The notes under the pieces are model-generated. The model was not told the DNA's origin and made no database searches. It was given only the letters and a program-made list of their open reading frames with translations. Positions 31,589 to 40,394 of a stretch of 63,057 bases of DNA are shown piece after piece. Both the position numbers and the translations under genes were made by a program. The first letter of the stretch is position 1. Every line of letters begins with the position of its first letter. Origin of the DNA: an uncultured Clostridia bacterium (GTDB lineage Bacteria; Bacillota; Clostridia; TANB77; CAG-508); assembly GCA_944390695.1 (NCBI GenBank), contig CALXQP010000017.1, positions 1 to 63,057 on the forward strand, read 5' to 3'.

Positions 31589-31617
31589 TTGCAAAAAAAT
31601 AAGAAATGTATTATTAT
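31589..31617 (+). promoter_or_regulatory. Sigma-A-type promoter of the mraZ operon
   Basis: TTGCAA (31589-31594), 17-bp spacer, TATTAT (31612-31617). Confidence 0.55.
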
Positions 31618-31624
31618 GATATCG

Positions 31625-31652
31625 AAGTGGAGAAAAGTGGTACGAAGTGGTG
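31625..31652 (+). promoter_or_regulatory. MraZ binding repeats
   Basis: AAGTGG three times at exact 10-bp spacing (31625, 31635, 31645) just upstream of mraZ, matching known GTGG-type MraZ boxes. Confidence 0.8.
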
Positions 31653-31677
31653 AAAATGGAAATGAGGTGTGATTCAA

Positions 31678-32103
31678 TTGTTAATTGGTGAATATGAGCA
31701 CTCTTTAGATACTAAAGGTAGGTTAATAATGCCTGCAAAATTAAGACAAGACATAGGAGAAAAGTTCATCATAACAAAAGGATTAGATGGATGTTTATTT
31801 GTATTTTCACAAGTAGAATGGCAAAATTTTGAGACAAAATTAAAATCACTTCCATTATCAGATAAAAATGCAAGAAATTTTGTTAGATTTTTTTTATCAG
31901 GTGCAACAGAATGTGAAATAGACAAACAAGGTAGATTTTTAATACCATCAAATTTAAGAGAAGCAGCAAAGTTGGAGAAAGATGTAGTAATTATTGGAGT
32001 TGGAACAAGATTAGAAATTTGGAATAAAGAAATTTGGCAAAATTGTGATGAAAATATTTCAGCAGATGAAATTGCTGAAAATATGACAATGTTAGGTATA
32101 TAA
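31678..32103 (+). CDS. mraZ: Division/cell wall cluster repressor MraZ
   Basis: [27 protein letters not shown]; start TTG 31678 or GTG 31669. Confidence 0.95.
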   Translation: MLIGEYEHSLDTKGRLIMPAKLRQDIGEKFIITKGLDGCLFVFSQVEWQNFETKLKSLPLSDKNARNFVRFFLSGATECEIDKQGRFLIPSNLREAAKLEKDVVIIGVGTRLEIWNKEIWQNCDENISADEIAENMTMLGI

Positions 32104-32119
32104 CTTGCAAAAGTTTATA

Positions 32120-32253
32120 TAAAAATACTAAAGAAAAAAGTACAAAAGAAATTAAAAAATACAAAAGATAAAAAATCAAAGGAAAACAAAAGAAAAAAAT
32201 ACAAAAGATAAAATTTCTAAAGATAAATTCCAAAAAATACAAAAGATAAAATA
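32120..32253 (+). repeat. Low-complexity degenerate tandem repeat (AAAATACAAAAGATA-like)
   Basis: About 6-8 imperfect copies filling the mraZ-rsmH gap. Confidence 0.6.
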
Positions 32254-32276
32254 ATTAGTTAAAAAGAGGTGTAAAA

Positions 32277-33206
32277 TTGGAATTTTGTCATAAACCAGTA
32301 TTACTGGAAGAAACAATAGAAAATTTAAAAATAAAAGAAGATGGAATATATGTAGATGGAACTTTAGGTGGAGCTGGTCATAGCAAAGAAGTTTTAAAAA
32401 GATTGTCACCTAAAGGTTTACTTATTGGAATCGATAGAGATGAAGAAGCTCTTAGAGCTGCTAAAGAGAATTTAAAAGATTTTCAAAATGTAAAATATGT
32501 ACATGGGAATCATGATGAAATAGAAAAAATATTCCAAGAACTTGAAATTAAAGAAGTTGATGGAATTTTATTAGACTTAGGAGTATCATCATATCAATTA
32601 GATGAAAGAAATAGAGGATTTAGCTATTTAGGGAATAATGAGTTAGATATGAGGATGGACAAAACTCAAAGCCTAACGGCGAAAAAAGTCGTAAATTCAT
32701 ATTTAGAAGAAGATTTAGCAAATATTATTTTTGAATATGGAGAAGAAAGATTTTCAAGACAAATAGCAAAAAATATATGTGAATATAGAAAAAATAAGGA
32801 AATAGAAACAACAGAAGAATTAGTAAAAATAATAGAAAAATCTATTCCATCATTTGCGAAAAAAGATGGACATCCTGCAAAACGAACTTTTCAAGCAATA
32901 AGAATAGAGGTAAATGATGAGATTAAACCATTATATAATACAGTTAGAACTTGTATAAGATATTTAAAAAAAGGTGGTAGGTTATGTATTATAACTTTCC
33001 ATTCTCTAGAAGATAGAGCAGTTAAAAATGCTTATACAGATGCACAGGGAAAATGTACATGTCCAAAAGATTTGCCATATTGTGTGTGTGGTGCAAAATC
33101 TGAAGGAAAAATTGTGAATAAAAAACCAATTATAGCAAAAGAAAATGAACAAATAGAAAATCCAAGATCAAAAAGTGCAAAATTAAGGGTTTTTGAAAAG
33201 ATTTAA
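32277..33206 (+). CDS. rsmH: 16S rRNA m4C1402 methyltransferase RsmH
   Basis: HKPVLL, DGTLGGAGHS, DLGVSSYQLD, LDMRMD, FHSLEDR, NPRSKSAKLR. Confidence 0.97.
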   Translation: MEFCHKPVLLEETIENLKIKEDGIYVDGTLGGAGHSKEVLKRLSPKGLLIGIDRDEEALRAAKENLKDFQNVKYVHGNHDEIEKIFQELEIKEVDGILLDLGVSSYQLDERNRGFSYLGNNELDMRMDKTQSLTAKKVVNSYLEEDLANIIFEYGEERFSRQIAKNICEYRKNKEIETTEELVKIIEKSIPSFAKKDGHPAKRTFQAIRIEVNDEIKPLYNTVRTCIRYLKKGGRLCIITFHSLEDRAVKNAYTDAQGKCTCPKDLPYCVCGAKSEGKIVNKKPIIAKENEQIENPRSKSAKLRVFEKI

Positions 33207-33242
33207 TTAAATTTTTTTGACTAAAGATGAGGAGGTGATAAT

Positions 33243-33794
33243 ATGCCAAGAATGTCATATCAATATGAAACAAGTCCAAGAAAATATGAACCTGATTATA
33301 CAAACAGAAAAAAGGTTAGATCTACTACAAGTAAAAAGACACAAAAAGCTTCTACAAAAGAAAAGAAAAAAATACAAAAAAATACAGAAACTAAAAAACG
33401 TGCAGAAAAGCAAAATGCCCAAAAAGCAAAAGAAAGAAAGATTAAAGCACAACAAGTTTTTATTGTTATGACTGTTTTTGTCATGTTACTTGCCGTAAGC
33501 TATAGAGAAACTGCAATTATGGAAATGTTTAATCAAAAAAAGGAAATGGAAAATCAATTATCTGTAATAGAAAAGGAAAATGGCCAAGTTGAAAAGAGTA
33601 TAAAAGAAGTTGAAAGTTCTTTGGATTGGAACAAAATAAAACAAGTTGCAACAGATGAACTTGGTATGCAAGCAAAAGAAGCAACACCATTAGATTTGGA
33701 AAAATCAGATAATGTAGAGACAAAACATGAATTTATAAAAGAAGAAGAAAAAAGTATTTTAGAAAAAATAGTAGAATTTTTCGTTATAAAATAA
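33243..33794 (+). CDS. ftsL: FtsL-like cell division protein
   Basis: Position after rsmH; TM then coiled coil, IKQVATDELGM. Confidence 0.6.
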   Translation: MPRMSYQYETSPRKYEPDYTNRKKVRSTTSKKTQKASTKEKKKIQKNTETKKRAEKQNAQKAKERKIKAQQVFIVMTVFVMLLAVSYRETAIMEMFNQKKEMENQLSVIEKENGQVEKSIKEVESSLDWNKIKQVATDELGMQAKEATPLDLEKSDNVETKHEFIKEEEKSILEKIVEFFVIK

Positions 33795-33814
33795 AAAGTT
33801 TATAAAATGTAAAA

Positions 33815-33857
33815 GACCACATATTATTAGAAATAAAAGTTTAATAATATGTGGTCA
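33815..33857. terminator. Hairpin between convergent ftsL and HD-GYP genes
   Basis: GACCACATATTATTA...TAATAATATGTGGTC. Confidence 0.6.
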
Positions 33858-33892
33858 TTTTAAATTAATCTCTCTTTTTAATGTAATTTTAT

Positions 33893-34828
33893 TTAAACAA
33901 CAAGTTTTTTTACATTTTTAATTTCTTTGTGTAAATTACTTAAAATTTCTTTTCTAAGTATATAAGCATCTTTAACTTCTTGATATAAATTATCAAAATT
34001 TTCAAGAGATTCACCAGCATGTAATAATAAATCAATATATTGTTCATAATATAATTGCTTATTTTTATTTTTTGTAGAATTTCTTTTTTCTATGTAATGT
34101 TCAATTTTTTTATATCTTTTTATCTCATCTTGTAAATGTTGTACATAATCTATAACACAAGAAATTTCGTATTCAATATCATCTATAACAACTTTAAGCA
34201 ATTTTTTAACAATTTTTTTATTGATTTTTCCTGCATATGTATATCCTGTATGTTTTGGAGCATTTTCAGATGGTTTTGTATGTTCTATTATAATTTTTAA
34301 AGCATCTGTAATTCCAATATGTGATTTATATTGCCTTTTATGAACAAGTGCATCATATTCATCAGCAACTCTAATGATTTGTGCTTCAAAAGGAATGTCT
34401 TTTCTTACTAGACCTTGTGGATAGCCTGTACCATCAAGTGATTCATGATGATAATAAGGCCCTGCATAATATGGTCTAAGTTTTGTGTCTTTTATACATA
34501 ATTTATACCCTAATGTGGTATGTTGTTTCATAACTTCATATTCTTCTTCTGTTAATTGTGCTGGTTTTTGAAGTATTTTTGATGGGATAAATAATTTTCC
34601 TATATCATGTAAATATGCACAAATTGTACAATATTCAGTAAATCCTTTTGAAAGATGTAACTTTCTACATAAGTTACAGGCTATTGTTGCAACATTTTCA
34701 GAATGTTCTCTTGTGAATATATCTAAAGAGTCTAATAGATTAAGCTGATATTGTATTGCTTTATCTAAATTATATGATTTTAAGTATGTTTGGTCATAAA
34801 AATTAAATTTTTCTTTTAAATCTTTCAT
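33893..34828 (-). CDS. HD-GYP domain phosphohydrolase
   Basis: HSENVA, LHDIGK, HHE..DGTGYP.GL, VADEYDAL...R.YK. Confidence 0.85.
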   Translation of the reverse strand: MKDLKEKFNFYDQTYLKSYNLDKAIQYQLNLLDSLDIFTREHSENVATIACNLCRKLHLSKGFTEYCTICAYLHDIGKLFIPSKILQKPAQLTEEEYEVMKQHTTLGYKLCIKDTKLRPYYAGPYYHHESLDGTGYPQGLVRKDIPFEAQIIRVADEYDALVHKRQYKSHIGITDALKIIIEHTKPSENAPKHTGYTYAGKINKKIVKKLLKVVIDDIEYEISCVIDYVQHLQDEIKRYKKIEHYIEKRNSTKNKNKQLYYEQYIDLLLHAGESLENFDNLYQEVKDAYILRKEILSNLHKEIKNVKKLVV

Positions 34829-35016
34829 TTGTTTTTCTCCCTTAAAATAAATGTGCAAATTGATTTATATTATTTTTATTATATTTTAATGATACCATTA
34901 AAAGAAAAAATATGCAATATATTTTTTACTTGAAATATGCTAATTTAATTGAAAAAATTGTATATTATTGGTATAATTTGTGCATAATAATAAATTTATA
35001 AAGGAATGATGCCTAA

Positions 35017-35901
35017 ATGGATAATAATAAATTAGAAACAATTTCAAATCTTTTTGAAGGAAAAGAAATAAGAAGTGCTTGGGATAGTGAAAAGGAAGAA
35101 TATTATTTTAGTATAGTTGATATTATTGGAGCATTAACTGATAGTAATATTCCAAGAAACTATTGGAGTGATCTAAAAAGAAAGTTAAAACAAGAAGGAA
35201 GTCAGTTGCACGAAAATATCGTGCAACTGAAAATGAAGTCACAAAAAGATGGAAAAAGTTATTTAACAGATACATTAGATACACATGGAATATTAAGATT
35301 GATTGAGTCAATACCAAGTCCAAAAGCAGAGCCATTTAAACTTTGGCTAGCTCAGATGGGAAAAGAAAGAATTGATGAAGTTTTTGACCCAGAACTTGCT
35401 GTTAATCGTGCTGTTGATTATTATAGAGCTAAAGGATATGATGATAAATGGATTAAGGCAAGATTAACAGGAGTTGTAGATAGACGAAAACTAACAGATG
35501 TATGGAAAGAAAATGGAATAACAAAAGATTATGAGTATGGAATACTCACAAATGAAATATACCAAGAATGGTCTGGAATGAAAGCTTCTCAATATAAAGA
35601 ATATAAAGGTCTTAGAAAAGAATCTTTAAGAGATAATATGACAGATATAGAAGTAGCATTAACAGACTTAGGAGAAATTGCAACAAGAGAACTTGTAAAA
35701 GAACATAAACCTTATGGCTTAAAAGAAAATAGAGAAATGGCAAAACGTGGTGGAAGAATTGCAAAAAATACGCGTGATGATTTGGAAAAAGAGTTAGGAA
35801 GAACAGTAATTACAAAACAAAATGCATTAAATTATAAATACATAGATTCGAATAAATTAGATAAGAAAAAATTGCCAAAAGGAAAAAGTGAGTTAGTGTA
35901 A
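35017..35901 (+). CDS. Bro-N domain protein (phage antirepressor-like)
   Basis: FEGKEIRSAWD..EEYYFSIVDII, RNYWSDLK, SIPSPKAEPFKLWLA, SLRDNMT. Confidence 0.8.
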   Translation: MDNNKLETISNLFEGKEIRSAWDSEKEEYYFSIVDIIGALTDSNIPRNYWSDLKRKLKQEGSQLHENIVQLKMKSQKDGKSYLTDTLDTHGILRLIESIPSPKAEPFKLWLAQMGKERIDEVFDPELAVNRAVDYYRAKGYDDKWIKARLTGVVDRRKLTDVWKENGITKDYEYGILTNEIYQEWSGMKASQYKEYKGLRKESLRDNMTDIEVALTDLGEIATRELVKEHKPYGLKENREMAKRGGRIAKNTRDDLEKELGRTVITKQNALNYKYIDSNKLDKKKLPKGKSELV

Positions 35902-35906
35902 AATTA

Positions 35907-35938
35907 ATGTAGGCAAAATATAAAAAATTGCCTACATT
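35907..35938 (+). terminator. Hairpin after the Bro-N gene
   Basis: AATGTAGGCAA...TTGCCTACATT. Confidence 0.5.
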
Positions 35939-35953
35939 TACTTGACACATACT

Positions 35954-35970
35954 TGTCGAAGAATGTCGAA
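35954..35970 (+). promoter_or_regulatory. Tandem Spo0A boxes upstream of the sortase cluster
   Basis: TGTCGAA at 35954 and 35964 (10-bp phasing), next to TTGACA hexamers. Confidence 0.55.
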
Positions 35971-36093
35971 CGATTTTTCTTGACAAATAGATAAAGTGAT
36001 GTTAACATATTTTTAGAATTTGAATCAAACAATTTTTTTCGAAAAAAATTAATTCCAAAAACAATTTTATAAATGTGAGGTGATAGTAAATGT

Positions 36094-36672
36094 ATGTTTA
36101 AATTTACTAAAACTGGTTTTGCATGTATTTTTATATCAATAATATTTATTTTATTCGAAATATTCATAAAAAGATATTCTATAGAAACAGAAATTGGAAA
36201 AGAAATTATGAATCCAAATTCAGATATTGTAAATGAAATAAGTGATGAAGAAAAAAAGCAAGAAGAGCCAGTAAATGAAAAAAAGATATGGAAATTAGAA
36301 ATACCAAAGATATCACTTAATGCAGAAATAGCAGAAGGAACTACACAAGAAGTATTAAATAAATATATAGGTCATTTTGAAAATACTCAAAGAGAAAATG
36401 GAAATATCGGACTTGCTGGGCATAACAGAGGGTATGAAGTAAATTATTTCAAAGACCTAAAATTATTAAAAGAAGGAGATGAGATAATATACAAATATAA
36501 TGAATTTGAAAAAATATATGAAGTAGAAAAAAGCAGAATAATTCGAGATACTGAATGGAAATATTTAGAAAATACAGAAGATAATATGTTAACACTAATA
36601 ACATGTGTAGAAAATGAGCCGGAATATAGAAGATGTATACAAGCAGTAGAAAAAGAGGAGGAAGAATATTGA
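36094..36672 (+). CDS. Sortase (class D-like)
   Basis: LEIPKI, LAGHN, LTLITC, R catalytic triad; N-terminal TM. Confidence 0.9.
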   Translation: MFKFTKTGFACIFISIIFILFEIFIKRYSIETEIGKEIMNPNSDIVNEISDEEKKQEEPVNEKKIWKLEIPKISLNAEIAEGTTQEVLNKYIGHFENTQRENGNIGLAGHNRGYEVNYFKDLKLLKEGDEIIYKYNEFEKIYEVEKSRIIRDTEWKYLENTEDNMLTLITCVENEPEYRRCIQAVEKEEEEY

Positions 36673-37970
36673 AAAAAACGATAAAAATAGTATTAATAAT
36701 ATCACTACTACTAATAATGAATTGCGGAATATTAGTAAATGCAGTACAAGCAGTTGAAGGAGAACAGATAAAAATATACACAAAAGGATATTTTCCAAGA
36801 ATAATAAGAAATAATGGAATAATAATTAAAACTGCACATGCTGTATATGAAAAAGATGGTAAAGAATATCCAGTATATTGCTTAAACAGAGAATTACATG
36901 GAGTTGGAGAATATATAGCAACATATGATGTAACAGATCAAGGAAAAATTACAGATTTAGGTTTATGGAGAGTAATTATAAATGGATATCCATACAAAAC
37001 AATTGAACAATTAGGAGTAGCAAATGAAGGAGAAGCATATATGGCTACAAAACAGTCAATATATTGTTATATATATAATACAGGAACAGAAGGATATTCT
37101 GCTATAGATGAAGCTGGAAGTAGAGTTATAAATGCAATGAACAAAATATTAGAAAATGCAAAAAATTCAACAGAAAGTTTTGAAGATCAAGGAATAGAAG
37201 TAATAAAAGATGAAAAATGGCAAGTAGACAATCTTGAAACACAGTATGTATCAAAACAATATGAATTAAAAAGTAAAATAAATATAAGTAAATTTACAGT
37301 AAGTTTAGTAAATCAAGTAAAAGGAAGTAAAATTACAAATTTAGAAAATCAGGAAAAAAATGAATTTAGTTCAAATGAGAAATTTAAAATCTTAATACCA
37401 ATAATCAATTTAGAAGAATCAGGAGAATTTGGTGTAAAAATTCAAACAGAAATGGAAACAAAACCAATATTTTTTGGAAAATCCCCTAGTGCAGATTTGC
37501 AAGATTATGCATTAACAGCATTTTCTTATGAAAATAAAGATATAGAATTCACCCAAGATTATGAAAAAAATAATACAAAAATAATAGTAGAAAAACAAGA
37601 TGAAGAAACACAAGAACCATTACAAGGAGCAAAATTTGAGGTACTTAATGAAAACAGAAAAGTAATTAGAGTAGTAGAAACAGATGAAAATGGGTTAATA
37701 AAATTAGAACAAATAATGCCAGGAACATATTACATAAGAGAAGTAAAAACACCAGATGGATATGAAGCAGAATATATTGAACACAAAATTGAAATAAAAT
37801 TAAATGAAGAAAAAGTAATAAAAGTAACAAATAGAAAAATTGTAATAATTGAAGAACCACCAGAGGAACCGCCAGAAGAGCCACCAGTAGAAGAACCTCC
37901 AAAAGAAGAACCACCTAAAGAGGAGCCACCAATAGAAGAAATACCCAAATTACCTAAAACTGGTATGTAA
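36669..37970 (+). CDS. Secreted thioester-domain / SpaA-CnaB (prealbumin-like) surface protein with Pro-Glu linker and terminal LPKTG
   Basis: Signal peptide, VYCLN, NGYP, ATKQSIY, GAKF...TDENG..PGTY..EVK.P.GY, (EEPP)n, LPKTGM-stop. Confidence 0.75.
   Translation: MKKTIKIVLIISLLLIMNCGILVNAVQAVEGEQIKIYTKGYFPRIIRNNGIIIKTAHAVYEKDGKEYPVYCLNRELHGVGEYIATYDVTDQGKITDLGLWRVIINGYPYKTIEQLGVANEGEAYMATKQSIYCYIYNTGTEGYSAIDEAGSRVINAMNKILENAKNSTESFEDQGIEVIKDEKWQVDNLETQYVSKQYELKSKINISKFTVSLVNQVKGSKITNLENQEKNEFSSNEKFKILIPIINLEESGEFGVKIQTEMETKPIFFGKSPSADLQDYALTAFSYENKDIEFTQDYEKNNTKIIVEKQDEETQEPLQGAKFEVLNENRKVIRVVETDENGLIKLEQIMPGTYYIREVKTPDGYEAEYIEHKIEIKLNEEKVIKVTNRKIVIIEEPPEEPPEEPPVEEPPKEEPPKEEPPIEEIPKLPKTGM
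37850..37940 (+). repeat. Coding Pro/Glu tandem repeat (EEPP units)
   Basis: EEPPEEPPEEPPVEEPPKEEPPKEEPPIEE. Confidence 0.8.
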
Positions 37971-38008
37971 TAATAATTTGATAATAAAGAAGAAAGAAGG
38001 AAATAGAT

Positions 38009-38590
38009 TTGAAAAATAAAATAAAAAAAATAATTAAAATTTTAATAGCATTAATATTAATAATTGCATTACAAATAATGGGATTTACATATGCAAAATA
38101 TATAACACAAGATAAAGGAACAGGGACTGCAGAAATAGCAAAATGGGCATTTAGACTTGAAAAAGGAGAAAATGAGTCACAAACAATAAAATTAATAGAT
38201 ACAGTTCATACAAATAATATAATACCAGGAAAAATAGCTCCAGGTTCAGGAGGAAAATTACCAATAACAATAGATATGACAGGCTCAGAAGTTGGAGTTG
38301 AATATGAAATAAAATTTGCAAATGAAAAAAATAAACCTCAAAATTTAAAATTTACATATGCAGGAAGAACATATGATTCACTTTCAGAGATAACACCTAT
38401 AACAGGAATGATTTCACATAGTAATGAAAATAGAAAATTAACTTTTAATATAGACTGGATGTGGAATTATGAAACTGGAAAAGATGAAGAAGAAATTAAT
38501 CAAAATGATATAATAGATACACAAGATGCAAATTTAATTACAGAATATACATTTGATATAATTGCAACAGGAACTCAAAGTTCTGACTAG
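38009..38590 (+). CDS. Secreted protein with SipW-like signal (TYAKY), TasA/CalY-like
   Basis: Hydrophobic signal then FTYAKY; IAPGS; W.W.YE...D..D. Confidence 0.6.
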   Translation: MKNKIKKIIKILIALILIIALQIMGFTYAKYITQDKGTGTAEIAKWAFRLEKGENESQTIKLIDTVHTNNIIPGKIAPGSGGKLPITIDMTGSEVGVEYEIKFANEKNKPQNLKFTYAGRTYDSLSEITPITGMISHSNENRKLTFNIDWMWNYETGKDEEEINQNDIIDTQDANLITEYTFDIIATGTQSSD

Positions 38591-38617
38591 TGATAAAAAA
38601 TAAAAGGAGGAATAAAT

Positions 38618-39106
38618 ATAAAAAATAAAAAAATATTAGTTTTTGTTACTATATTTATAACAATATTAATTTTAATGACTTTTATACAAATAACATATGC
38701 AAAATATATAAGTGAAGAAAATAGTAGTTTGAAATTTGAAATTGCAAAACCAATTTTTATAGTAGATGGAAAGCAAACCACAAAAATAAGTGAAATAAAT
38801 AATATAGGATATTATGAATTTTCTATAAAAAATTTTGATGAAACTAATATAAGTGAAACAGGATTTTTCTATATAATTGAAATTGTTTCTAAAACAGATG
38901 ATTCAATACAATTCGAATTATATAATGAAGAAAAAATGATGCAATTAAATGATTTAAAAACTGAAAAAATTTATATAAAAGGCAATGAAAAAATAGAGCA
39001 AAAGTACAAATTAAAAGTAATATATGACAAAACTAAAGGAACACAAGGTAAAGATATTTTAGAAGAAGTACAAATTAAAGTTCATTCAGAACAGGAGAAA
39101 ATTTAA
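38618..39106 (+). CDS. Secreted protein with TYAKY signal; probable non-canonical ATA start
   Basis: GGAGG at 38606-38610, ATA at 38618 in frame with ORF 38675..39106, completing the signal peptide. Confidence 0.6.
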   Translation: MKNKKILVFVTIFITILILMTFIQITYAKYISEENSSLKFEIAKPIFIVDGKQTTKISEINNIGYYEFSIKNFDETNISETGFFYIIEIVSKTDDSIQFELYNEEKMMQLNDLKTEKIYIKGNEKIEQKYKLKVIYDKTKGTQGKDILEEVQIKVHSEQEKI

Positions 39107-39639
39107 TGAAACTAAAAAGATATATTATTATTCTAATCATTTTATTTCTAATAATATTTATAATTCTCAAAATTAACAAATTAGATAAAAATATTTTTAA
39201 TGATATCATGATTTTTGGTCTTTGGAATGATGAATCAAGTGAAAATGAATATGAAATTGATTTAAATAATTTAGTTGAAATAGATGTATTTGAAAATATA
39301 CATAATAAAAATAATATATATAAAAAAATTGCTCCAGGAACTTATGGTAGTTTTACAATAAAATTTAAGAAACCATTAGATTCAGATTTTGAAATTAATA
39401 TAAATGAAAAATCAGAAAAACCACAAAATTTGATATTTACTTTAGATAATAAAAATTATAAAACAATGAAAGAAATGGAGGACATAATTAGCAGTAAATT
39501 TGAAACACAAAAAGAAATTACTATAAATTGGTATTGGAAGTATGAAATTAATGAAATGGAAGATATACAAGATACTATAGATGGAATGAATTTGAACAAA
39601 TATGTTTTTGAAATAAAAGCAACTACTTTGTTTGATTGA
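39106..39639 (+). CDS. Secreted/membrane-anchored paralog of 38009..38590
   Basis: Shares KIAPG, EK..KPQNL.F and W.W.YE...D..D with the upstream gene. Confidence 0.65.
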   Translation: MKLKRYIIILIILFLIIFIILKINKLDKNIFNDIMIFGLWNDESSENEYEIDLNNLVEIDVFENIHNKNNIYKKIAPGTYGSFTIKFKKPLDSDFEININEKSEKPQNLIFTLDNKNYKTMKEMEDIISSKFETQKEITINWYWKYEINEMEDIQDTIDGMNLNKYVFEIKATTLFD

Positions 39640-39672
39640 TATAGAAGAAATTGAAAAGAAAGGTATATTAAA

Positions 39673-39807
39673 ATGGCAAAAATAATCACATCTTTTATTA
39701 TAATAATTATATTAATTAATATATGTCATATTAGTTATGCGAAATATGTATATGAATATACAATTACAGCTGCACAATTGACCATAGATAGAACTCCTTT
39801 AGAATAA
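39673..39807 (+). CDS. 44-aa secreted peptide with SYAKY motif
   Basis: MAKIITSFIIIIILINICHISYAKYVYEYTITAAQLTIDRTPLE; AAAGG upstream; below the ORF-track length cutoff. Confidence 0.5.
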   Translation: MAKIITSFIIIIILINICHISYAKYVYEYTITAAQLTIDRTPLE

Positions 39808-39941
39808 TTAATGAAAATACAAAAAATTGCAATGTAATAAAAAAGTTGTGATTTTTTGTATTTTTATAATAAATAAAACTTGTATAAAACTTTTTAAATT
39901 GGAAAAAATTATTATATAAGATTTTCCAAAGGAGTGATATA

Positions 39942-40280
39942 ATGGAAACAAGTGATATGAAAAACATGTTAGTACTTAAAAATCTTCCATCTAATATGGT
40001 AGAAGAGGCTATTATAATTTTTAAAGAGACTCAGAAAGTTAAAGAAAAAGAATTTGTTGATAAAAGTAACAAAGAAAGCTTTAGAGGTACACAAGTAAAG
40101 TCAAAAGACTATATTGTGAAAGAAGCGGAAATTCTTATAACAGATTATATAAATAAAATAGAAAACAAGAAAAGTTTAGAAAGAAATAGAAATACAAAAA
40201 CAAAATATAAGATACTAAAATATTATAGTATAATTTCGACAGTTTGTTTAGTTATCAGTTTAATAATAAATTTCATATAA
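39942..40280 (+). CDS. Hypothetical protein with C-terminal TM
   Basis: AAGGAG RBS; LKNLPSN.VEEAII motif. Confidence 0.65.
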   Translation: METSDMKNMLVLKNLPSNMVEEAIIIFKETQKVKEKEFVDKSNKESFRGTQVKSKDYIVKEAEILITDYINKIENKKSLERNRNTKTKYKILKYYSIISTVCLVISLIINFI

Positions 40281-40335
40281 TAACATAAAACACTTTATCA
40301 TTGCATAGACATTAGTAAATGCAAGATATAAAGTG

Positions 40336-40380
40336 TTTTTTTATATAATAAGAAAGTTAACCTTTTCTATTATATAAAAA
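40336..40380. repeat. AT-rich palindromic repeat family B, copy 1
   Basis: TTTATATAATAAGAAAGT..CTTTTCTATTATATAAAAA; similar copies at 50468 and 55820. Confidence 0.7.
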
Positions 40381-40394
40381 GGAAGGGATTAGAT

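Noticed and set aside
33217..33471. Overlapping plus-strand ORF suggesting a frameshift in ftsL
   Set aside because: 33243..33794 has its own GGAGG RBS and is complete; the alternative frame is a Lys-rich shadow.
35017..35901. Prophage around the Bro-N antirepressor-like gene
   Set aside because: Solitary gene with its own promoter and terminator; no integrase or structural genes nearby.
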